Shown: piece after piece, positions 19,477-25,922 of the stretch
How positions within the stretch are numbered: the stretch's first letter is position 1
Layout: each line of letters opens with the position of its first letter
Source of the DNA: Methanomassiliicoccaceae archaeon
GTDB lineage: Archaea; Thermoplasmatota; Thermoplasmata; Methanomassiliicoccales; UBA472
Length of the DNA stretch: 32,170 nucleotides
Reading direction: 5' to 3'
Assembly (NCBI GenBank): GCA_016919625.1
Contig: JACXTP010000121.1
Span: forward strand, 1 to 32,170
Made by a program: the position numbers and the translations under genes
Notes under the pieces: generated by a model
The model's input: the letters and a program-made list of their open reading frames with translations, nothing else
What the model was told of the DNA's origin: nothing
The model's database searches: none

Positions 19477-20448
19477 ATGCCAATGCTCATCAGGGATAAG
19501 GCCCCCCGGACCTCCGGGAGGGGAAAGGCACCGGAGGAACGCTCCATCGAAGAGCTGCTCCAGGCTGGTGTATTGGTCCTGGACAAGATGCAGGGGCCGA
19601 CGTCGCATCAGGCCACCGCTTGGGTGCGGGATGTCCTGAAGGTGGACCGGATCGGTCACGGCGGCACCCTCGACCCGAACGTGAGCGGCGTACTGCCTAT
19701 CGCGCTCGGCCGCGCCACCCGACTGACGGACCTGGTGCTCCGTTCCGACAAGCAATACGTCTGTCATATGAAGCTGCACCGCGACCGTCCCGAGGCCAAG
19801 GTGCGCGAGGTCTTAGGCACGTTCGTGGGCGACATCTATCAAGTGCCACCGGTGCGTGCCGCCGTGAAGAGGCAGATGCGTGTCCGTAGGGTCCGCTCCA
19901 TTGATATCCTTGAGATGGGGGGGCGAGAAGTGCTCTTCCGTGTCGATTGCGACGCTGGGACCTACATCCGTACCCTCTGTGTCGACGTCGGCGAGGCTTT
20001 GGGCGTGGGGGCCAACATGGCAGCTCTGCGCCGTACCCGCTCCGGCTCCATGGTGGAGGACCAGGCGATCACATTGCAAGACCTCACCGACGCGGTGGTG
20101 CGATGGAAGGAAGGTGACCCGACCTGGCTTCGCTCCATGCTCATTCCGATGGAAGTATTGCTGGAACCTCTTCCCCACATCATATTGAAGGACAGCGCCG
20201 TGGACGCGGTGTGCCACGGGGCGGACCTGGCCTGCCCCGGGGTGGTGGAGCTCGACGAAAGCATCGCCAAGGGAGCCACCGTGGCCATGATGACGCTCAA
20301 GGGGGAGGCGATCGGTCTGGGCATAGCGGCGGCAGCTGCGGTGGACTTATTGAAGGCCACCGATGGGCTGGCAGTACGCACCCAGCGGGTATTGATGCCC
20401 CCAGGGACCTATGCCAAGGGCTGGACCCTCAGGCAGAGGCCGGCCTGA
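19477..20448 (+). CDS. cbf5: H/ACA RNA-guided pseudouridine synthase Cbf5 (TruB family)
   Basis: DKMQGPTSHQ, GHGGTLDP (catalytic Asp), GTYIRTLC and a C-terminal PUA domain (SAVDAVCHGA). Confidence 0.95.
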   Translation: MPMLIRDKAPRTSGRGKAPEERSIEELLQAGVLVLDKMQGPTSHQATAWVRDVLKVDRIGHGGTLDPNVSGVLPIALGRATRLTDLVLRSDKQYVCHMKLHRDRPEAKVREVLGTFVGDIYQVPPVRAAVKRQMRVRRVRSIDILEMGGREVLFRVDCDAGTYIRTLCVDVGEALGVGANMAALRRTRSGSMVEDQAITLQDLTDAVVRWKEGDPTWLRSMLIPMEVLLEPLPHIILKDSAVDAVCHGADLACPGVVELDESIAKGATVAMMTLKGEAIGLGIAAAAAVDLLKATDGLAVRTQRVLMPPGTYAKGWTLRQRPA

Positions 20449-20866
20449 GATCGTTGTACGTTGCAGCTAGCGGGATGAAGGCCAGGACCAGAACTGCGAT
20501 GTTGACCAGCACGTTGATGGTCACGCCATGATACGCAGAGAACCCGGTGTCGATGGCGAACCAGGCCAGAACGCCGAACGCGATCGCCCGCCAGGACCAC
20601 GGCTCTTTTTTAGCAAAGGGCCCACGGACCACGAAGTACAGCACGATGCCCCATCCCACCATGGTCGCCCCCCAAACTCCGTACGCCCAGGCCTGGAAGT
20701 CCTTCTCCGCCTCGGTAAGGCCATCTTCGAAGAAGGCGTCGTCGATAGGGCCAGAGAGCGCAGAGAAAACATCCATGCCGATGAGGAATGCCATGAACAG
20801 GCCGAGGGCGATGACGAGTACGCATACCCCTTTCAGCCACCTTTGCCAGAATTGGAATGAGGGCAT
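20429..20866 (-). CDS. Hypothetical membrane protein (~4 TM)
   Basis: Four hydrophobic segments, YGVWGATMVGWG and WFAIDTGFS; convergent with cbf5, overlapping it by 20 nt. Confidence 0.7.
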   Translation of the reverse strand: MPSFQFWQRWLKGVCVLVIALGLFMAFLIGMDVFSALSGPIDDAFFEDGLTEAEKDFQAWAYGVWGATMVGWGIVLYFVVRGPFAKKEPWSWRAIAFGVLAWFAIDTGFSAYHGVTINVLVNIAVLVLAFIPLAATYNDLRPASA

Positions 20867-20903
20867 GGTTGATGGAGCACGTTCCCTGCTTAAGAGAATT
20901 TTC

Positions 20904-21914
20904 TCAATAGTTCAGGAGGCATTGCTGCCCAGCGCTGGGGACCGGACAGGCATCGATGCCCAGCTTCTGGCGTATCTCCCCTGCCAGTTCCGAGGCGTAC
21001 CCATGCCCCACATACACCATTCGGGGCGAGCATGCCTTCACAAAGGCCAACAGCTCGTCGTGGTCCGCATGGTCAGAGATGGCGAACTGCTCGTCCACAT
21101 ATCCCCGCTTGTTCCCGTTCGCCGCCCAGCCGCTCACGCTCGCCTTGCGGAATCGTCGCCCCTTACGGTTCGCCGACATGATCTCCTGCGTCATGCTCTG
21201 ACCATGGGCGCCGATGAGCACTCCCGGCGTGCTGACGTCCCCTGGCTCGTGCTCCTTGATCTCCAGGTCCAGACCGCAACGTTGCAGCAGCCGGCTGCTC
21301 TCGGAGATGGTCCCATGCACCCGGGGCTCAAGGTCGCGCAGGGCATGGATCAGCTCGTGCGTCTTGCCCAGGTTTGAAGAGGTGAAGAGAGCGACGGAGA
21401 ATCCCTGGGACAGCGAATCCTCGATCCAGTCCGTCATGACCTTGAAGATGCGCTCGGTGGGAGGGAAGACGTACTGGGGCTTGCCGAAGGTGGCCTCGGT
21501 CAGCAGCACGTCCACCTTGACCGGGCGAGCGCCCTGGATGCGGAACCGGTCCCTCGGGGAGAAGTCACCGGTGTAAAGCACCCTCTGCCCCTCGACGTCC
21601 ATCTCGAACATCACCGATCCGGTCACATGGCCAGCGTCGTGTAGTCGCACCTTGTCACAATGCTCTGCTTCGATGGCCCGGCCCTTGATCTCGGAGATGA
21701 AGCGCCTAGTGAACTCGGATGACACGATCCGATTAGGCCCCTTGCGCTCGAAGGTGCTGGGGATGTGGTCGGAATGGGCGTGGGAGGTGCAACAGACCGT
21801 CCCCTGCGGGACCTTCTTGGTGGATAGGCTGCGCGGGTCGAGATGGAAGCTGATGCCAGCGCCGCTCACCTCGATGCCGTTGCCGCACCTGACGCTGAGC
21901 GCACCCCCTTCCAT
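20904..21914 (-). CDS. Metallo-beta-lactamase / beta-CASP fold nuclease
   Basis: HAHSDH, AGHVTGS, YTGDF, EATFG, ISDHADH, VGHG. Start placed at 21914 (the ORF is open to 21947). C-terminus is QQCLLNY. Confidence 0.85.
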   Translation of the reverse strand: MEGGALSVRCGNGIEVSGAGISFHLDPRSLSTKKVPQGTVCCTSHAHSDHIPSTFERKGPNRIVSSEFTRRFISEIKGRAIEAEHCDKVRLHDAGHVTGSVMFEMDVEGQRVLYTGDFSPRDRFRIQGARPVKVDVLLTEATFGKPQYVFPPTERIFKVMTDWIEDSLSQGFSVALFTSSNLGKTHELIHALRDLEPRVHGTISESSRLLQRCGLDLEIKEHEPGDVSTPGVLIGAHGQSMTQEIMSANRKGRRFRKASVSGWAANGNKRGYVDEQFAISDHADHDELLAFVKACSPRMVYVGHGYASELAGEIRQKLGIDACPVPSAGQQCLLNY

Positions 21915-21981
21915 GTCCGAACCTATACGAGGGCGAATATAGAACATTTATCCTGGCATCATCGCAACTTTTAGATGCTGG

Positions 21982-22020
21982 CTCACTTTCGGGAAACCCC
22001 CACCTACACCCCTTTATACC
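21982..22020 (+). promoter_or_regulatory. Promoter with upstream box CTCACTTTCGG-N20-TTTATACC (copy 1)
   Basis: Box at 21982-21992, TATA at 22013-22020, ATG at 22051; identical geometry at 23039-23077. Confidence 0.7.
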
Positions 22021-22050
22021 CTCAAGACAAGGCATATCCGGTGAGGGCCG

Positions 22051-22782
22051 ATGGAATACACATACCTAGAGACGGAGGAGCACTCCCGCATCGGACTGGG
22101 CGCCAGTGCCGCCCGGTACCGGTCCCTGGTCACGTCCATACCGCCAGTGGACGCATTGCTGCGCGGATTGGAGCCGGGGACAATCACGTTCATCGATAGC
22201 TCCGACCGGCTGGTCTTCGAGCTGGTCAACCTGTTCTGCTTCAACGCGGTGAACGAGCTGCACGAGGAGGTGCTGTGGATCGACGGAGGGAACTCGGTGA
22301 ACCCGTACGAGCTGAGCGCCATCTGCAAACGCTACCGCGTGCCGCCGGAGGAGGTGCTGCACAACATCACGGTGTCGCGGGCGTTCACCGCCTACCAGAT
22401 GTCCACCCTCATCGAGGACATGCTGGACCCCGAGGTGGACCGCATCCGCACCGGCCTGGTGGTAGTATCCTGCTTCCCTGACCTTTTCCAGGACGCGGAC
22501 ATGAACTGGACCGAGTCGCTGCAGCTGATGCGCCGCGCCATGGAGAAGCTGCGCGCCCTGACCGAGGAGCGGTCGCTCATCACCATCATCACCAACTATG
22601 GCCAGGCCAAGCCCATGTCCCGCAAAGGCCTGCGCTCCCTTTTGTATGACAGTGCGGACCGCGTGGTCCGCATCGACGGCAAGGGGGTGTCGGTACGCAT
22701 CACCCTGCCCAAGGAGGGGGAGGGCATGCTCTACCGGCCAGTGGTGCGCAACCAGACCACCCTGGACGAGTTCCGGGCATGA
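22051..22782 (+). CDS. Inactivated RecA/RadA-fold protein associated with PolB2 (ImuA-like)
   Basis: TSIPPVDALLRGLEPGTITFI (RadA-like N-terminus), LWIDGGNSVNPY and VSRAFTAYQM. Walker A is replaced by DSSDRLVF and Walker B by VVVSC. C-terminal QTTLDEF. Confidence 0.8.
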   Translation: MEYTYLETEEHSRIGLGASAARYRSLVTSIPPVDALLRGLEPGTITFIDSSDRLVFELVNLFCFNAVNELHEEVLWIDGGNSVNPYELSAICKRYRVPPEEVLHNITVSRAFTAYQMSTLIEDMLDPEVDRIRTGLVVVSCFPDLFQDADMNWTESLQLMRRAMEKLRALTEERSLITIITNYGQAKPMSRKGLRSLLYDSADRVVRIDGKGVSVRITLPKEGEGMLYRPVVRNQTTLDEFRA

Positions 22783-22827
22783 TGGTGGGCCTTGCTTCCC
22801 CCCATTAGGTAGAGTCTAGGCATTGCC

Positions 22828-22880
22828 ATCGTTCTGTTGTGGAACGTTATTATTCATAAATTGTTCTGTCATAGAACGAT
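22828..22880. repeat. Two GTTC-N7-GAAC palindromes forming a larger inverted repeat
   Basis: GTTCTGTTGTGGAAC at 22831-22845 and GTTCTGTCATAGAAC at 22863-22877. Outer arms ATCGTTCTGT and ATAGAACGAT match 9/10. Confidence 0.6.
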
Positions 22881-23038
22881 TTTAGACCGTTTTCATTTTT
22901 TGATCGTCATATGTTTACACCCTGGGTGCAAAGGTCCGACAATTTTTTTAAAAAGGGTTCCGGGTCACAGTCCCTTGGGACCCTCAGAACAATATGTGGT
23001 CTCGGCTGAGCCCACACCGTCCTCTTTCGATAGGTGAC

Positions 23039-23077
23039 CTCACTTTCGGCCGACCCTCCCGGTTCGGGTTTTATACC
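23039..23077 (+). promoter_or_regulatory. Promoter with upstream box CTCACTTTCGG-N20-TTTATACC (copy 2)
   Basis: Box at 23039-23049, TATA at 23070-23077, ATG at 23107. Confidence 0.7.
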
Positions 23078-23106
23078 GTCCTACAGGTCGAATGAACGGT
23101 GAGAGA

Positions 23107-23370
23107 ATGGGACGGACCGTACCCACCTATCGCATGACGGCGGAGATGATGATCGACAGCTGGAAGGACTACCGACGGGCGCTGCCCCAGGAGGACCGTG
23201 AGGTCTTCGACCGTATGGTGAACCGCATACGCATGCACGCCTCCGCCTCCACCTACGCCATATTCAACGACCCCTTTGAAGGGGCGGTCCTCTCCATGCT
23301 CCTGGAGCAGGAGAAGGAGCTCGACAAGCTGAGACGGGAGGCGGCCGGCCATGCGGGGCTGGATCGTTGA
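23107..23370 (+). CDS. Small alpha-helical PolB2-associated protein (arCOG07300-like)
   Basis: MGRTVPTYR...WKDYRRALPQEDREVFDRM...DPFEGAVLSMLLEQEK; overlaps the polB2 start by 20 nt. The ORF track starts at 23092, but promoter spacing favours 23107. Confidence 0.8.
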   Translation: MGRTVPTYRMTAEMMIDSWKDYRRALPQEDREVFDRMVNRIRMHASASTYAIFNDPFEGAVLSMLLEQEKELDKLRREAAGHAGLDR

Positions 23371-25513
23371 TTGCTATGCCGACCCCGCCCAGGACGCCAT
23401 GGTCACCTGGCTGCGGACCAACTCCGGGGTGGAGCGCCTGGAGGACCGGCGCTTCCGCCCCGCCTTCTACGTCTGGGCGCCGCAACACCGCCTCGCCGAG
23501 CTGAAGACCTCCATGCGCATGCTCGGCACCGCCGAGGTCTCCGAGGAGCGGCGGCGCATCTGGCTGGGGGAGAGGGAGCGCGAGGTGCTGCGGGTGGTGC
23601 CGTCCTCCTACGACCAGCTCACCCCCTTGGCCCGCACCGTGGACCGCTGGGGGCTGTACCGCGACTACAAGCTCTTCAACGTGGACTTCCGCATGGAGCA
23701 CCGCTACTTCATGGCCCACGACATCTTCCCCATGGGGCTGCTGGAGTACGACGGGCGCTTCCATCATCTTGACACCCCCTACCGCCTGGACTACGCCCTC
23801 CCCGACCTGCGCGTGTGCCGCCTCGGCCTCAAGGTGGAGGCCAGGCAGCGCATACCCACGATGGAGGACCGGTTGCTCTCCGCGCACCTAAACGATACGG
23901 TACTGGAGGGCGAGGAGGCGGCGGTGCTGGAGGACCTGGACCGCACCCTGCGCCGGATGGACCCGGACGTGGTGGTGACCGACGGCGGCGACGCGTTCTA
24001 TCTGGACTACCTGCAGGCTCGGGCCGACCTTCATAGCATCCCGGTGGAGCTGGGGCGGGACCAGGGCATGCGCCAGGCCAAGGGCAAGAGCTACTTCACC
24101 TACGGCCGCATCGTGTACAAGGCCCCGGCGCACAAGTTGCGCGGGCGCATCCACATCGACTCCGCCGGCTCATTCATGTTCGACGAGTCCGGGCTGCATG
24201 GCGTCATCGACCTGTCGCGGCTGTCCCGCATCCCGGTGCAGGAGATGTCCCGCCTGTCGCCGGGCACCGCCATCAGCTCCATGCAGGTGAACGAGGCCCT
24301 GCGCATGGGCACCCTGGTGCTGTGGAAGAAGAACCTGCCCGAGGACTTCAAGACCGCGGGGGACCTGCTCGTCTCTGACCGGGGCGGCTTCATCTACGAG
24401 CCCAAGGTGGGGCTGCACGAGAACGTCTCCGAGGTGGACTTCGCGTCGCTCTACCCGAGCATCATGGTGGTGCACAACATCTCCCCGGAGACGCTGCGCT
24501 GCGGCTGCTGTCCTGATTCCCGCCGCATCGTGCCGGAGATCGGCTACCCCATCTGCGAGAAGCGGGAGGGGCTGCTGCCGCGCGTGCTGCGCCCCATCAT
24601 CAAACGCCGCCTGGCGTTGAAGCGGTTGGCCAAGGAGGGCGGCCGCCACGCCGATGCCTACAAGGCCCGGGCCAAGGCCCTCAAGTGGGTCCTCGTCACG
24701 TGCTTCGGCTATACCGGCTACCGCAACGCCCGCTTCGGCCGCATCGAGTGCCACGAGGCCATCAACGCCTACGGTCGGGAGATCATGCTGCAGACCGCGG
24801 AGATGGCGGAGGCGCGCGGCTTCCGCATCCTGCACGGCATAGTGGACTCGCTGTGGCTGGAAGGTGACGGCGACGGCGCGGCCTTCTGCTCCGATGTCAC
24901 CAGGAGGATAGGCATACCGCTGCAGCTGGAGGGCGTGTACCGCTGGATAGTCTTCCTGCCCAACGTCAGCACCGGCGTGGGCGCCCTGAACCGTTACTAT
25001 GGCCTCTTCTCGGACGGGGAGATGAAGCTGCGCGGCATCGCCGTGAGGCGGGGCGACACCACCGGTCTGGTGAAACGCCTGCAGGGTGAGCTGCTGGAAG
25101 GCATGGCACGCTGCGTCGACGGCAGGGCGTTCCTGGAGAACGTCCCCGTGGCGCTGGCGACGACACGCCGCTTCGTGGAGGAGGTGCGTTCGGGCGCGGT
25201 CCCGCTGGACCAAATGATCATAACCAAGCGCGTATCGCGAGAGGTGGAGGAGTACAGCGACCGCAAGAACGAGTCGCTGGACGCGCTCAAGCAGCTCAAG
25301 GCGGCCGGTTTCCGTGTCCCGCCGGGGGAGATGATCGAGTACGTGGTCCTGGCCAAGGACCGCCGCACCAAACCGGCACAGTTCCTCGATGGCGACGAGG
25401 CCTACGATGAGGGCAAGTACGTGGACCTGGTGCTGCGGGCCACGAGCGAACTGCTCGCCCCCTTCGGCTACGACCTGGAGCGGATGCGGGCCGAGGTGGC
25501 TAGGCCAGGATGA
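23351..25513 (+). CDS. polB2: Family B DNA polymerase, PolB2 (Dpo2) group
   Basis: Motif A DFASLYPSIM...NISPET is intact, motif B is KWVLVTCFGYTG, and motif C is HGIVDS instead of YGDTDS; NRYYG and KLRGI are present. Exonuclease motifs are degenerate. Confidence 0.92.
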   Translation: MRGWIVDCYADPAQDAMVTWLRTNSGVERLEDRRFRPAFYVWAPQHRLAELKTSMRMLGTAEVSEERRRIWLGEREREVLRVVPSSYDQLTPLARTVDRWGLYRDYKLFNVDFRMEHRYFMAHDIFPMGLLEYDGRFHHLDTPYRLDYALPDLRVCRLGLKVEARQRIPTMEDRLLSAHLNDTVLEGEEAAVLEDLDRTLRRMDPDVVVTDGGDAFYLDYLQARADLHSIPVELGRDQGMRQAKGKSYFTYGRIVYKAPAHKLRGRIHIDSAGSFMFDESGLHGVIDLSRLSRIPVQEMSRLSPGTAISSMQVNEALRMGTLVLWKKNLPEDFKTAGDLLVSDRGGFIYEPKVGLHENVSEVDFASLYPSIMVVHNISPETLRCGCCPDSRRIVPEIGYPICEKREGLLPRVLRPIIKRRLALKRLAKEGGRHADAYKARAKALKWVLVTCFGYTGYRNARFGRIECHEAINAYGREIMLQTAEMAEARGFRILHGIVDSLWLEGDGDGAAFCSDVTRRIGIPLQLEGVYRWIVFLPNVSTGVGALNRYYGLFSDGEMKLRGIAVRRGDTTGLVKRLQGELLEGMARCVDGRAFLENVPVALATTRRFVEEVRSGAVPLDQMIITKRVSREVEEYSDRKNESLDALKQLKAAGFRVPPGEMIEYVVLAKDRRTKPAQFLDGDEAYDEGKYVDLVLRATSELLAPFGYDLERMRAEVARPG

Positions 25514-25922
25514 GGAGGGCGCATACCGGCAGGCTGATATGCCCCATCGCATGGGCCGCTCTCGGGCGTTCGAGCTTGGCCAGGTTCAGCTTCCTCAGTA
25601 AAGGGTCGCGGGGGTGCATGGGCTCGCCCCGAAGGAGGTCGAGGGCCAGGTGGGAAAGGCAGGCGGCGAGGGCCATCGTCGGGAAGTGGCCGAGAAAGGG
25701 GACGAATGCCGAGGCGGCCACGAGGGGCAGCAGCGCTAGGGGGAGGTAGCTGGAGTGGAGCATCCTCTCGTGGGCCTGGTCGGGGGAGAGGAGTGAGTCC
25801 AGGTCGAGCAGTAGAGAGACGAAGGCTGAGGTCAAGGCCATCGGCCCCATGGACCCGTCCAGAAGGAGTAGGGAGCCGCCTAGCGCGAAAGCTACCGAGG
25901 CGTGGTAGGGGGTGACGCTCAG
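25500..25922 (-). CDS. Membrane-bound metal-dependent hydrolase, YdjM-like (start uncertain)
   Basis: TPYHAS...LLDLD...HERMLHS...SHLALDLL pattern with TM segments. The only plausible start is a CTG overlapping the upstream TGA. Confidence 0.6.
   Translation of the reverse strand: MSVTPYHASVAFALGGSLLLLDGSMGPMALTSAFVSLLLDLDSLLSPDQAHERMLHSSYLPLALLPLVAASAFVPFLGHFPTMALAACLSHLALDLLRGEPMHPRDPLLRKLNLAKLERPRAAHAMGHISLPVCALLILA

Noticed and set aside
22837..23037. 66-aa ORF in the AT-rich spacer
   Set aside because: GTG start without an SD, atypical composition and no recognisable motif; it also overlaps the palindromes.
22783..23038. Replication origin or dif site
   Set aside because: No full ORB (TTCCAGTGGAAAC plus G-string), no adjacent cdc6, and no 11-6-11 dif arrangement.
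25500..25502. Pyrrolysine read-through of the only TAG stop
   Set aside because: The extension would run antisense deep into polB2, which is implausible.
24170..25552. 460-aa antisense ORF within polB2 (and similar ORFs at 13118-14536, 5399-6298, 8347-9213, 25902-26789, 20547-21377)
   Set aside because: Shadow ORFs expected opposite high-GC3 genes; no protein motifs.
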